Assembly (NCBI RefSeq): GCF_001194135.2
Contig: NC_069002.1
Coordinates: 14,863,590 to 14,927,589 of the forward strand
Source of the DNA: Octopus bimaculoides
Taxonomy: Eukaryota
DNA length: 64,000 nt
Reading direction: 5' to 3'
Position 1 is the stretch's first letter, and each line of letters starts with the position of its first letter. The position numbers were made by a program, and so were the translations under genes. Positions 12,922-27,358 of this stretch are shown here, piece after piece. The notes beneath the pieces were generated by a model. It was not told the DNA's origin, ran no database searches, and saw only the letters and a list, made by a program, of their open reading frames with translations.

Positions 12922-13834
12922 TTAATATATTGTATTTATTTGAGTGTAATGTGATATACAACATAATGATAACCCCAGCTATTTATACTTGAAAATCAGA
13001 AATATATTTTATTCTCAATTTTTTTGGTTGCTGTTGATGTTGAATCCCCAAAGTTACTTTGATGTTTTGCAGTTTTTAAATAATGTTGCTGAAGGAAACA
13101 GCATAAAAATGAAACATGATGATTCTGGAAGCCATGACAGTGCAATATATTTGGGGATAAGATTGATTACCCTTTCCTTCAGGACCAGAAAATAAGTACC
13201 ACTTGAACATTGGGGTTGATGTAATCAGCTTAATCCCTATGACATTGCTGGCCTTGTGCTAATATTTGAAACCAATATTAAAACAAGAAGCTTTTCAATT
13301 ATTCCTCATAAAATGTAAGCTGCTGCTACTGCTGTTGCTGCTGCTGCTTACACAAAAAATCAGGCAACTTGTTTTATTGGTTACAAGTGGCTCATCAACA
13401 CACTTTGATCTCATTGCTTCTCCTGCTCCTACTATAGTGGCCCTTGCTCCTAAGGATCAGCTGATATCTCATGCCACCATCTCTCCTGCGTGGCCACTCA
13501 ACTTATTCAGTCCTTCACTTAAGACCCTCTCAGATGCTTTGGAGGACCACATCTTATCCTAAGGATTCGTTTGGGGTTTGGGTTTCTGGTTGGATTCCCT
13601 TCCAGTGTAAAACTGCGGGTATTTTATCATGGCACTTGTATGAATGAAGTTTCCTTGTACCCCTGTAGGAAGAGGAGTCCTCATTAATTTACAATATGTG
13701 TGTGTGTGTATAATCTAAATAATAAGAAGACAAAGAAATCCTTTAGCATATCTTGAATGATTTGTTACAATTGTTTCTGTACCAATACTGCTTGCAATGT
13801 CAGTTTATGCAAAAATTTGAATTGAAAATTTATG

Positions 13835-14190
13835 TCATCATCATCATCGTTTAATGTCCACTTTCCATGCTAGCATGGGTTGGACGATTTGACTTAGGAC
13901 TGGTGAAACCGGATGGCAACACCAGGCTCCAATCTGATTTGGCAGAGTTTCTACAGCTGGATGCCCTTCCTAACGCCAACCACTCTGAAAATGTAGCGGG
14001 TGCTTTTACGTGCCACCGGCATGAAGGCCAGTCAGGCGGTACTGGCAATGGCCACGTTCAAAATGGTGTATTTTACGTGCCACCTGCACAAGAGCCAGTC
14101 CAGCGGCACTGGCAACAATCTTGCTCGACAGTCTTTACACGTGCCACCGGCACAAATGCCAGAAAAGCGACGCTGGGCACAGGTGCCATG
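13835..14190 (-). mobile_element. RTE-clade LINE 3' end, antisense
   Basis: (CAT)n GTTTAATGTCCACTTTCCATGCTAGCATGGG... Confidence 0.85.
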
Positions 14191-14198
14191 AGAAAAAT

Positions 14199-14230
<32 letters not shown>

Positions 14231-16384
14231 CCTATGTACCAAGATCAGTATGATAACTACACCATTTGAGTGCTTCAGCATGATAACAATCCAGAGAGTA
14301 AAAGTAGTAAAAGGCTAAAAGAATTGACCATTTTCAGCTGCTGACAATATTAACGTTACACTGGGAATGAAAACAAATGAAGATTTTCTACTCTACCCTA
14401 CAGAGTTTCCTTGTTATATACAATTTGGCTTATAACAGCAAAATTCCTTTTGACACTACAAAATTCTATACTTTCAAGAAAATGCCCTAGAAAAAAAAAG
14501 CAAACAAACCTTTTTTATCCCTATTCACGAAAACAGTTTAAAACACTAAAATCTATTTTTGTTTTGGGTGTAGCCATGTTAGCAGCTCTATCTTTCTCCA
14601 ACACATTTTTATTTTCGTTTTATGAAAATATAAAAGGTATTTGGTGGATCAACACTGTTAAATATTATCTCAGAAAACTAACAATGTTATTAACACTGTA
14701 AAAATCAGTTATTCTAAGTATGTTAGACTTCTTGCTCACAGCCCTGCTGTTATGGTAATTGAGTAGAGAATTTCAGGGTCAAATACTCTAACTCAGACTA
14801 CATGAATTCTTCCAGTTATTACACTTCTGGAATTCTGTACCATTCACCACCACCACCACCACCACCATTTCCACCGCCGCCACTGCTACTGCCACCATTA
14901 GACTGAGTTTGCTTGAACTTGTAATGATTCTCTTTGTGGCTGAATGACATCTCTGAGTGCCAGTTCCAAAGATCTAAGTGGTAGTTCATTTTCAAAACTA
15001 GACGACTCTGGTTCAATGTCATTGCTATAATTCTGTCTTCCACCATCTTGTGATGTTCCATCATTAATCATTGCTTAATTGATTCCACTGCTGAAACTGT
15101 ACCTTCATCATGCTGCTTCTATTGTCTTCTGATGGTGATTCTCATTTAGTCTAATTCCTCATTTCAGACCTGCCTGGCATTATTCAGATCTGCCAAAAAT
15201 AAAACTGCCAATTAAGCACCACTGCCACAACTGAGATGAGAAAGATTGCTAGAGTATACCATCACCATCATCATCATCATCATCATTGATTTAATGTCTA
15301 CTTTTCCATGCTGTCTTGCATCAGACAGCATTTATTGAGGCAGATTTTCCTGCAGCTCTAAATGCTCCTTGTTGCCAACCGTCACTTGTTTCTAAGTAAG
15401 GTACTATTTCCTCATGGCCTGACATGTTTTCACAGAACTTTGGTAGTGAAAGACACCAATAATATGATGGTGAAGCTCATTCACAGCCTTTGCATCATGT
15501 CAAGGCAGGGAGACATAAACACATATAAACAGAACAATCTACTACTTATGTGGGAAATTATGCCTGTGGGTGTGTTTGTGGAGTTGTTATCTAACTCCTC
15601 CTACATTGTTTTATCGATTTTGATGAAACTTGACAATTTGAGTACAACTCATATCTGGAAACTTCATGGCATACTCAGATTGTTGAAAAAAAATCGATAA
15701 TAGGGCCCCTGGAAGGGTTTCTTTTATATATCTAATATATTTTATTTTAAAGACCAAGGGAAATAACCCATTAGCCACTGGAAGGGATCCTTATATATAA
15801 CCCATTCATTTTCCCAAATTATTTGGTAAAAATTAAATTGAGTATGATTATTTCTTAGTATTTGAACTGTTAGAATTATTTTCACAATTTATCCAGTACA
15901 ACCCTTAAACAAGTAAATAGTATTTTCCTAAACAATAGATCCACTTATTTCGGTTAGTGACTTATTCATGAATATACCAACACTAGCACCCCTGAGGGTA
16001 ATATTCTCTGGGAACGCACAAAAGCCCTTTTCAGAGTTATTTACTTTGAATTGTTATAATCTCATATCTGATTAGCCTCTTATTATGTAACATGCTTCAG
16101 GATTTTAGTATACATACCTTATTAGTATTTCCTCCTATGTTCTATATACTCTGGGAACACATTAAAGCCCTTTTTGGGGCTACTTTATTTGAACTCTTAC
16201 TATCGGGTAACTAATTTCATGTTATTACATAACTGACTTCACAGTTTGGGTATTCATAACTTATTGGGAATTCCTAAAAACAAGATCCTGTGTAAGACAG
16301 TTTGGTATTCTCTGTAAATGCACAAAAACCGTTTTAAGGGCTACATACTTTGTATCGTTGCTATTGGATTAGGGTTAGGGTTAG

Positions 16385-16731
16385 GGCATCTTGGGCAAGT
16401 GTCTTCTACTATAGCCTCGGGCTGACCAAAGCCTTGTAAGTGGATTTGGTAGACGGAAACTGAAAGAAGCCCGTCGTATATATGTATATATGTGTATGTA
16501 TATGTGTGTGTATGTTTGTGTGTCTGTGTTTGTCCCCCCCCCCCAGCATCGCTTGACAACAGATGGTGGTGTGTTTACGTCCCCGTAACTTAGTGGTTCA
16601 GCAAAAGAGACCGATAGAATAAGTACTAGGCTTACAAAGAATAAGTCCTGGGGTCGATTTGCTCGACTGAAGGTGGTGCTCCAGCATGGCCGCAGTCAAA
16701 TGACTGAAACAAGTAAAAGAGTAAAAGAGTA
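16385..16731 (+). mobile_element. SINE family A, 5'-truncated, preceded by (TTAGGG)3
   Basis: Body and tail match other copies; the tRNA head is replaced by telomeric repeats at about 16369-16386. Confidence 0.88.
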
Positions 16732-16740
16732 TATTATATA

Positions 16741-16888
16741 TCATCATCACCTAACGTCCGCTTTCCATGCTGGCGTGGGTTGGACGGTTTGACTGGGGGA
16801 CTGGTAAGCTACATGGCTGCACCAGGCTCCAATCTGATCTGGCAGAGTTTCTACAGCTGGATGCTCTTCCTAACACCAGCCACTCTGA
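16741..16888 (-). mobile_element. RTE-clade LINE 3' end fragment
   Basis: (CAT)n AACGTCCGCTTTCCATGCTGG. Confidence 0.75.
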
Positions 16889-17146
16889 ATATAAAGAGTT
16901 TAGTTCACTGATGATCTAAACCAATAGGTATGCAGTGTAAATGCTATAATTGGTCATTTGTTAGGTTCCAAGCTTACAGGTGAGGCAGGAGCTAAGGATC
17001 TGTACTAGGCTTCCAAGTCAGCAGGTATATATTAAAGGAAAATGAAAACAAAACCAAGGTAGGACGAGTATCTCAGGTCATTCAGAATATTTAATTAGAA
17101 TAAGGTGAATAAGAAATGGAGAAGTAGATGGAATTAATGTCTAATA

Positions 17147-17185
<39 letters not shown>

Positions 17186-17259
17186 TTGAAATGTTTGTAT
17201 GGAATCTATGGAGAATTTTATTCAGTCTTATTTCTTATGGCTTTCTTTCAGTTTCCACT

Positions 17260-17351
17260 ATGTCTGCTAAACCTAACAGTATAGACACGAATGCTGGCAA
17301 TATGAATGATTCACAGAAAAGGGTAAAATACCGCCGGGAGCCTGATAAAAG
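17260..17351 (+). CDS. NT5C2: Coding exon 1: [30 protein letters not shown](R); acceptor at 17250-17251, 8 nt before the ATG
   Basis: KYRRE matches human KKYRREAYHR; donor AG|GTACAG at 17352, phase 2, fits exon 2. Confidence 0.85.
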
Positions 17352-20300
17352 GTACAGTACAGTGTTTCATCCTTACTTCACACACACACACACACACACA
17401 CATGTAAGAGTATATGTACACACAAACTTAACTCAAACAAATCTCAGTGATATGCATGTAATTTGGACGGCTTAGGTGGCATCAGCAACTTGCAAAGCCT
17501 CTTAAAAGACAAACATAATATTCACTAAAGACACACAGTCACTGCATGTTTGCTGACAAAACATAGAACCAAATTTATCAGACAGTATTACACATTCCAA
17601 GCTCCTGCCAGGCACACATACTCACGCATACCCACTCCTACACATTCACACACACATGTACACTCACACATATGCTCCTATACACATGTGCATACATGCA
17701 CAGCTATTTACATACATGAAGACATACACACACACACACATGTGAAAGGAGGGAGATAAAGGAAGATTTTTATATTTCAGATTTCTGAAATGTGTTGTGT
17801 TATCAGAAATTTAATGGTAAATTCTTCATTTGATTCCAATATTGATATCACTTCAGTGATAAGTATTTCCTGTAAAATTTCAAATATGGTTTTACAATTT
17901 TAAAATGGGAATTTTTTTCTGACATATCTAATACAATATTTGAGACTTTATAATTACAATGCTTACAAAATTCTCAATAAAATAGAATGGTCTCATGGTT
18001 AGGATACTGGGCTTAATATTATAAAGTAATGGGTTCAATTCCTAGACCAGACATTATGCTGTGTCCTTAAGCAAAGCACTTAATGACCAGGCTGTGAGTT
18101 GTGTTCTTGAGCAAGACAATTTATTCCACGCTTCTCCAGTTCACTCAGCTGTAGAAATATTGGCCTTTGCCTTTCCCTTGGATAACATCAGTGGTGTGGA
18201 GAGGGGAGGCTGGTATGCATGGGCGACTGCTGGTCTTCCATAAACAACTTTGCCCAGGCTTATGCCTTGGAGGGGAACTTTTTAGGTGCAATCCCACAGT
18301 CTGAAGGGGGTCTTTACTCTTTAATTTCACATTGTTCCAGCCTAAGCTTAAAAGGAGTACCAGTTAAAAATATATATATATATTTTTTTATATATGTGAA
18401 CATCCAGTCTTTGAGGCACATACACAGGCACAGTTCTATTAGGAATACACTTTATCCATTATGATCTTTTAATTTTTAGGCCGTATGGTTTAACTGGAGA
18501 GAGATTTGACTGCTATTTCTAGCTGACCATGTGGCAATATATAGGTTTGATAGGTTGTTTCTTGTAGTACTGTTGTGTCATAACTGGTCAAGATATTTGC
18601 CATTTGAAAAGAAAGGAAAAAAAGAAAGAGAGAGAGGTTGAGTGGAACCACCAACGTCAGCACCACCTCTGCCACCAACATCACTGCCACCACCACCACC
18701 ATCATCACCACTGTTACCATCACCACTGCTGTCACCACCACCACTACTGCCAATTAATCTTAGCCATAGTGACAGCTGTTGTAACAAATGTTTTACTTGT
18801 GTCATGTCTATGAGGTTCAACTATTAAGTTCACATTTTCTTGTTTAAACACTTATCACAAATGCCAAACAGAGAAACTCAACTATTTTGTGACCATTTTG
18901 CCTTTTTTCTTTCATTTTTTTCTTATTTTTTGCTTTCTCAAGAATTGTCACATCATGGGGAAATAATTGGTGTGAATGATTCATCAACTGAGCTATGAGA
19001 AACTGATAATGTAGTTAAAGGCGGCGAACTGGCAGAAACGGTATCACGCAGGGCAAAATGCTTAGCGGTATTTCGTCTGTCTTTACGTTCTGAGTTCAAA
19101 TTCCGCTGAGGTCAACTTTGCCTTTCATCCTTTCGGGGTCGATAAATTAAGTACCAGTTACGTAATCGACTTAATCCCTTTGTCTGTCCTTGTTTGTCCC
19201 CTCTGTGTTTATCCCCTTGTGTGCAATAAAGAAATAAGAAACTGATAATGTAGTTTAAATAAAACATTATCATTGTTTTATTTGGATGTCAATTTTTCCT
19301 GGTTAGCAGTGGTTCGTACAACCAACCAGATGCCCAAATGCTAACCTGTAGGATATATTGTTTATGGAGAACATTGACAAACGTCACTGCTGCCCAAACT
19401 GTATAAGGGGCAAGAGACAGACAGACACACATGCACACACACACACACACACACACATGCACAAACAATAAGTCATATACATACCTACTGTAAAGCAAAA
19501 CAGTTGTGGATTGTTCAACTAAAGATTGTTTAAGTTTTTGCTCCCATCAGGTCATGAAGAGGCCAGCCACACTGATACCAATGGCTGCACCTTGAACCTG
19601 CATGTATAGTTTCCTGTTAAACTTTACTATGTGGTCCTTCAAGGTGGTTCTTATGTTAGCATCTATTGCATGCGTACTATGTGTAAAAAAAAATGTAAGT
19701 GGATGGAACACTAGTTTAGGACTGACCCAGGGTTAAACGGAAACATTAACACAAATTACACCAACAGCATAAGTCTTGTTGAATAATGTAACCTGAGATA
19801 CACTCTGCCTGGATAAATGACAGGGTGGTTATAGCTGGAATACATTTTTATCATAGATCAGGACTGACCTGGGTATGAGCTGTAATGGTTTCTGATTTAA
19901 GCCAGCAATTTTGAGGGCATGTGGGGGTTAGTAAATACCGTTGACCCCAGCATATGACTGGCACTTTATTTCATTAATCCCGGAGGAATGAATGGCAATA
20001 TTGACCTCAGTGTGATTTAAACTTGGGACATAAAGAGCTTGAAGAAATACTGCATAGCATTTTTCTGACACTCTAACAATATTGCCAGCTCCTTGCCATA
20101 AAAGTGATAAACAATTATAACAGCAACACAAATTCCACTATATATATTTCACTATATATTCCACTATATATTTCACTATATATTTCACTAAATATATTTC
20201 ACTATATATTTCACTATATATATTTCACTATATATTTCACTATATATATTTCACTATATATATTTCACTATATATATTTCACTATATATTTCACTATATT

Positions 20301-23300
20301 TCACTATATATATTTCACTATATATTTCACTATATATTTCACTATATATTTCACTATATATATTTCACTATATATATTTCACTATATATTTCACTATATT
20401 TCACTATATATTTCACTATATATATTTCACTATATATTTCATTATATATTTCACTATATATATTTCACTATATNNNNNNNNNNATATATTTCACTATATA
20501 TTTCACTATATATATTTCACTATATATTTCACTATATATATTTCACTATATATATTTCACTATATATATTTCACTATATATATTTCACTATATATTTCAC
20601 TATATATATTTCACTATATATTTCACTATATATATTTCACTATATATTTCACTATATATATTTCACTATATTTCACTATATATATTTTACTATATATATT
20701 TCACTATATATATTTCACTATATATTTCACTATATATATTTCACTATATTTCACTATATATATTTCATTTATCCTGGAGGAATGACTGGCAATATTGACC
20801 TCAGTGTGATTCAAATTCGGGACAGCAACACAAATTCCACTGGCATCAATACTACAATCGCTATTAGATAATATGGTCCTAGATAACATTATGGCTGAAT
20901 AAATGAGAGGATGGTTATAGCGGGAGTACCTTTGGTCATAGGTTTGCTGTATCAGAACTTGACAAACAAGAATAACAACTTAACTATTGCTTGTTAATTT
21001 GATCTAATTAACTTTGTCTAGGTGCCAGAATTATCTTTACAATTAAACAATTTCTAGATTACTGATTAGTGTTTTAGGATGAGGTTGTTTTTTTTTTTGT
21101 TCTTTTTTTACACCAAATATTAATTAAAGTTCCTTGAGAATTTTGTTTAGACGACAAACAGTTTTATCAAGGATCCTATATGATACAGTGGAGGCGCAAT
21201 GGCCCAGTGGTTAGGGCAGTGGAATCGTGGTCATAAGATCGCGGTTTCGATTCCCAGACCGGGTGTTGTGAGTGTTTATTGAGCGAAAGCACTCTTTCAC
21301 CACAACTTTGTCTCACTCTTACTTCCTGTTTCTGTTGTGCCTGTAATTCAAAGGGTCAGCCTTGTCACACTGTGTTACACTGAATATCCCCAAGAACTAC
21401 GTTAAGGGTACACGTGTCTGTGGAGTGCTCAGCCACTTGCACATTAATTTTACAAGCAGGTTGTTCCGTTGATCGAATCAACTGGAACCCTCGACGTCGT
21501 AAGAGATGGAGTGCCAACAACATATATGATACTACAATACAGTCCATTTCTCAAAATTCCATTACTTTTAACTGCTGGAAGCAATTTTGCACCCTAATCT
21601 ATCTTATGCTGAGAAATGTTACGTTTGAGGCTATTTTTTTATCAAGATATATCAAGTTTATTGAAGCAGCATGATTTGCAAAAAAATATCAATTTTATTT
21701 TTTAGTAGACATTTAATATCATTACTGGAAGCACCAAATCACCATGAAATTTAATTTTGCTGTTAAAGAATGAAAGACTTCTATTGCAAGTTTAGGTAAA
21801 AATCTTTGGAAGGTTATGTCTTAGACATGAATGCAGTAATAAATTAGGTTTTTACTAAATCATTCTGCCTTTTTTTAACATTTAACTGAAGCCAACAGAC
21901 GATGTTTTATAAAATAAAATATGGCCATTAGAGGGTTAAACATTAAAAAAAAAATGGCCCAAAGAAGTCACTGATGGCTTGCATTATTGATCAAAATTAT
22001 AAAGTTTGTATAACTTTTGTAATTCATAGGTAGATGCAAAAGCTGGTATTTTGGAGTTGTCCCTCATTCTGAGATGAAAAAATTATTAATTCCTCTCTCT
22101 CAGATACATTTGTAAAGTTACATGACTGAGTGCTGAGCTCAGAATCATTTGGGTCATGAATTTGTTACAAAGACTAGGTAGCACATTCTGTTCTTGAGCA
22201 AGGCTCTTCATTTCACTTTACTCCAGCATTTCAACTGAAAATGTGCTCCATTGGCAGCTAAGCTCACGATGGACTTGTTTTCTCATCAGTTTCGACAAAG
22301 AGGTCATACATTTTCATGAGCCTAAAGCTTCTTAGAAAACCAGATAAGCTGTATCTTTATGAACATCTACATTCAACACAAACCTTTTATTCTTCACAGT
22401 AACATCTCAAAGATGTCACATTCCTATTCTCTCCATGGAATCTGAACTTATCCAAACTGACAACCTTTACCATTTAAATACTCTTCATTTCTTAGGATCT
22501 CAAGAAATTGAGGTGCTGTTGTAATTTACAAATGGAATGTCTTGGACACTTTTTAAACCTGGCAAAAACCATCCTTCTCCAGGTCTGTTCACAAATAATA
22601 TCTTAGAGAGAGAGACAGAATAAGTACTAAGCTTAAGATATCAGTCCTTGGGTTGACTTGTTCAACTTAAAGCTCTTCAGGGTGGTGCTCCAGCATGGCT
22701 GCAGTCAAATGACTGAAACAAGTAAAAGAATAAGAGAATAAAGAATACTGGAGTTGATTTGTTCAACCAAAACCTGTCATGGCAGTGCCCCAGCATGGCT
22801 GCATTGCCATATCTTAAACAGGTGAAAAGATAAAAGATTATTTTTGTTGCTGAACGAGTTTGGGAAATAACTTCCAAGTGTTTAAGCTTTGTTAGGTTTC
22901 ATCAGCTGCAGAAACAGTCTTGAATATATATTGTCTATAATGAACAAGAAAATAATATTGGAGTGGTTGTGGGTGGAACATTTTTGTTCTTAGATCTACT
23001 TGATCAGAATCCGTCTGATAAAAGTTTATTGACATCTTATTTGATAACAAGCTTTCTTTTTTTTATTTGAACTATATTAGTATTAATGAACTGCTTATAA
23101 AATTGACCAGAACAAATTTAATGATCTTTGAACTTCTGTTAATCTTTTGTTTGGTTAATAGTTCCATGTAATATATATGTCTNNNNNNNNNNNNNNNNNN
23201 NNNNNNNNNNNNNNNNNNNNNNNNNNNNNNNNNNNNNNNNNNNNNNNNNNNNNNNNNNNNNNNNNNNNNNNNNNNNNNNNNNNNNNNNNNNNNNNNNNNN

Positions 23301-24336
23301 NNNNNNNNNNNNNNNNNNNNNNNNNNNNNNNNNNNNNNNNNNNNNNNNNNNNNNNNNNNNNNNNNNNNNNNNNNNNNNNNNNNNNNNNNNNNNNNNNNNN
23401 NNNNNNNNNNNNNNNNNNNNNNNNNNNNNNNNNNNNNNNNNNNNNNNNNNNNNNNNNNNNNNNNNNNNNNNNNNNNNNNNNNNNNNNNNNNNNNNNNNNN
23501 NNNNNNNNNNNNNNNNNNNNNNNNNNNNNNNNNNNNNNNNNNNNNNNNNNNNNNNNNNNNNNNNNNNNNNNNNNNNNNNNNNNNNNNNNNNNNNNNNNNN
23601 NNNNNNNNNNNNNNNNNNNNNNNNNNNNNATATATATATATATATATATATATAATGTGTGTGTTTGTGTGTCTGTGTCTGTTTGTCCCCCCAGCATCGC
23701 TTGACCACCGGTGCTGGTGCGTTTACATCCCCGTAACTTAGCGTCTCTGCAAAAGAGACCAATAGAATAAGTACTAGGCTTACAAAGAATAAGCTCTGGG
23801 GTCGATTTGCTCGACTATAAAGGCGGTGCTCCAGCATGGTCACAGTCAAATGACTATGCAGTCTATTCTGTGATATGTTGATGCTTTTCAGGGTTGTCAG
23901 CGAATAGACCATTGAGCTATAAATGAGATTTGCAGCTGCATCTTTCAAATGAGACATGAATCTATAATGACAATGAAGCATTATAACTGTTCTAACTTGC
24001 CAATTCAACGATTGTTGGGAACAGAATGTTTTTATATCAATAAAGTTGTTTGACTACTCTATAATTGGAGAACATTTTGTGCTAGTTCTCAGTTGTTCAA
24101 CAAACAAGAAATCATCTGTAACTTTTTGTTTAGTATTTGAATAATGGCTTCATGGGTGAAGTGGCAAAGTTGTTAGAGTATAGGACAAAAATACCTTAGG
24201 ATGTTTGTTTCGGTTCTCTGTGTTTTGAGTTCAAATCCCACTGAGGCTATCTTTGCCTTTCATCTTTTTGGAGTCGATAAAATGTACGAAAAATATACAA
24301 CCAGTGTGTACATATCAAGGCAGGGGAATATAAACT

Positions 24337-24368
<32 letters not shown>

Positions 24369-24374
24369 ACACGT

Positions 24375-24411
<37 letters not shown>

Positions 24412-27323
24412 CATACACACACATGAACACATACACATGCACACACACATGCATACACACACATGAACACATACACATGCACTCACGCACATGCATACAC
24501 ATACTCATGCGTGCGCGCACACAGAAACACACACACATGTATATAGTGGGCTTCTTCCAGTTTCCATAGGCTATTTTCATTCACAGAGTGTCAGTCAACT
24601 TGCAGCTATAGCAAAGGATGCCNNNNNNNNNNNNNNNNNNNNNNNNNNNNNNNNNNNNNNNNNNNNNNNNNNNNNNNNNNNNNNNNNNNNNNNNNNNNNN
24701 NNNNNNNNNNNNNNNNNNNNNNNNNNNNNNNNNNNNNNNNNNNNNNNNNNNNNNNNNNNNNNNNNNNNNNNNNNNNNNNNNNNNNNNNNNNNNNNNNNNN
24801 NNNNNNNNNNNNNNNNNNNNNNNNNNNNNNNNNNNNNNNNNNNNNNNNNNNNNNNNNNNNNNNNNNNNNNNNNNNNNNNNNNNNNNNNNNNNNNNNNNNN
24901 NNNNNNNNNNNNNNNNNNNNNNNNNNNNNNNNNNNNNNNNNNNNNNNNNNNNNNNNNNNNNNNNNNNNNNNNNNNNNNNNNNNNNNNNNNNNNNNNNNNN
25001 NNNNNNNNNNNNNNNNNNNNNNNNNNNNNNNNNNNNNNNNNNNNNNNNNNNNNNNNNNNNNNNNNNNNNNNNNNNNNNNNNNNNNNNNNNNNNNNNNNNN
25101 NNNNNNNNNNNNNNNNNNNNNNNNNNNNNNNNNNNNNNNNNNNNNNNNNNNNNNNNNNNNNNNNNNNNNNNNNNNNNNNNNNNNNNNNNNNNNNNNAGCT
25201 CCACGAGGCTCCTGCAGGGGATGGTGGCGAACCCTGCTGTACTCTTTCACCACAACTTTCTCTCACTCTTACTTCCTGTTTCTGTTGTGCCTGTAATTCA
25301 AAGGGTCAGCCTTGTCACACTGTGTCATGCTGAATATCCCCGAGAACTACGTTAAGGGTACACATGTCTGTGGAGTGCTCAGCCACTTGCACGTTAATTT
25401 CATGAGCAGGCTGTTCTGTTGATCGGATCAACTGGAACCGTCGACGTCATAAGCGACGGAGTGCCAACAACAACAATCTAATGTATGACTCTCTTAAACT
25501 TTTGCATGTGTCATTTTGTGTATGGGTTCAGGAGTAGGAAGTAAAAAAAAATCTGGTTTTTTGCTTGGTTTTAATTTTTAACAAATGTTTTTTTTTTTAA
25601 GATTTTTTTTGTTACTCTTTTGGCTGCTATAAACATATTTTCTTCTTCTTGTCTGATTAATCTTTAGTCTTGTGAAATTCTTGCTCTGGGATTCTTTAGA
25701 CAACTGAGATGTCCCCACCCTAAATAAAAATAAGGAGCTGCTTACAATTTACATTAGGCACAGGTGTGCCTGTGTGGTTGAAAAGCTTGCTTTCCAAACA
25801 TGTGATTTTTGGTTCAGTCCCACTACGCAGCACCTTGGGTAAGTGCCTTCTATTATAGCCCTGGGCTGACCAAAGCCTTACGAGTGGATTTGATAGATGG
25901 AAACTGAAAGAAGCCCCATCGTATTGGATGTTACTTGTGAAAGTGCGTGTATGTGTGCTTTTGTGTGTTTTTGTGGTTGTATGTGTGTGTGTATGTGTTT
26001 GTGTGTGTGTGTGTGTGCTGTGTTATCTGTGCAAGTGAATGTGTATTTGTATGTATGTGTGTGTGTGAATGCAGCTTTGTGTGTCTGTGTGCCGGTGTGT
26101 ATGTATTTATGTATGACTTTGTATGTATGTGTGTGTGGTTGTGTATTACATGAGCGTGTAAATATGCAAGTATGTATATGTGCATACACATGTATAGATC
26201 TGTTGCATGTGCGAGTGCATGTGTATGTGTACATGTGTGTTTCTGTGTTCATGTTAGGGTGTATCTGTGTGTGTTCTCATGTGTACTTACATGTGTCTAA
26301 GTATTGCTGCTTGTATATATGGCTGTGTATATCTTTGTATATGTGTGTGTATGTCTATGGCTGTGTATGCATTTGTGTATATGTGTGTGCTGTCTTTTAC
26401 ATTCCTTTCTAGCCGTAACAGTATCTCTGTAGATTACAATTCACAGATGTCTTTTTTCCAGCTTGTTGACCTCTGGACTACACAGATAAGCACACTGATA
26501 TACAAAGAAACACACACATACACACTTACACACGGCACCTTGGGCAAGTGTCTTCTACTATAGCCTCAGGCCGACCAAAGCCTTGTGAGTGGATTTGGTA
26601 GACGGAAACTGAAAGAAGCCCGTCGTATATATGTATATGTATATATATGTGTGTTTGTGTGTCTGTGTTTGTCCCCCCCAACATCGCTTGACAACAGATG
26701 CTGGTGTGTTTACGTCCCCATAACTTAGCGGTTCGGTAAAAGAGACCAATAGAATAAGTACTAAGCTTACAAAGAATAAGTCCTGGGGTTGATTTGCTCG
26801 ACTAAAGGTGGTGCTTCAGCATGGCCATGGTCAAACGACTGAAACAAGTAAAAGAGAGTATACTGTTCAGCCATGAACAACTACTTAACAAAATATCTGA
26901 ACTGGTTACCATCTGCAGACAAGACTTTCAATTAGGCTACTGTACCGGTGTTCGTGGTCCTTAGCTAATGAACTTATGTTTGATATGTGTTTTTTGTTAC
27001 GGTGAGATCAATTGATGGAGAAGGTAGGTGAGTTGGTGCTCAGCATGCTAACAATTCTGCTGGCTCACTGCCTTATTTGAACTCAGTAATAATAATAATA
27101 ATAATAATGATGATTTCAGATTTTGCCACAAGGGCAGCAATTTTAGGGGAGGGCATAAGTAAGTTACATCGACCCCAATGTTCAACTGGTACTTATTTTA
27201 TCAACCTGAAAAGCATGAAAGGCAAAGTTGATCCCAGCAGAATTTGAACTCAGAACATAAGGACAGATGAAAAGCTACTAAGCATTTCACCTGGCATGCT
27301 AACAATTCTGCCAGCTCACTGGC

Positions 27324-27358
<35 letters not shown>

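Noticed and set aside
13867-14253. Recurring ORFs with [20 protein letters not shown] (also 12330, 36225, 42892, 43833, 52033)
   Set aside because: Antisense translations of the RTE 3' UTR repeat, not a gene family.
18490-18827. Poly-His, poly-Pro and poly-Val ORFs
   Set aside because: (CAC/CAT)n low-complexity repeat in an intron with no splice context.
20104-20871. 255-aa ORF rich in YIFH/ISLY
   Set aside because: Translation of the TTTCAC(TA)n minisatellite; no coding signature.
23139-25355. Long ORFs of 175-289 aa
   Set aside because: They run through N-gaps and SINE or microsatellite sequence; the same applies to ORFs at 29026-30005, 35034-35748, 37816-38734, 41875-42585 and 57198-57783.
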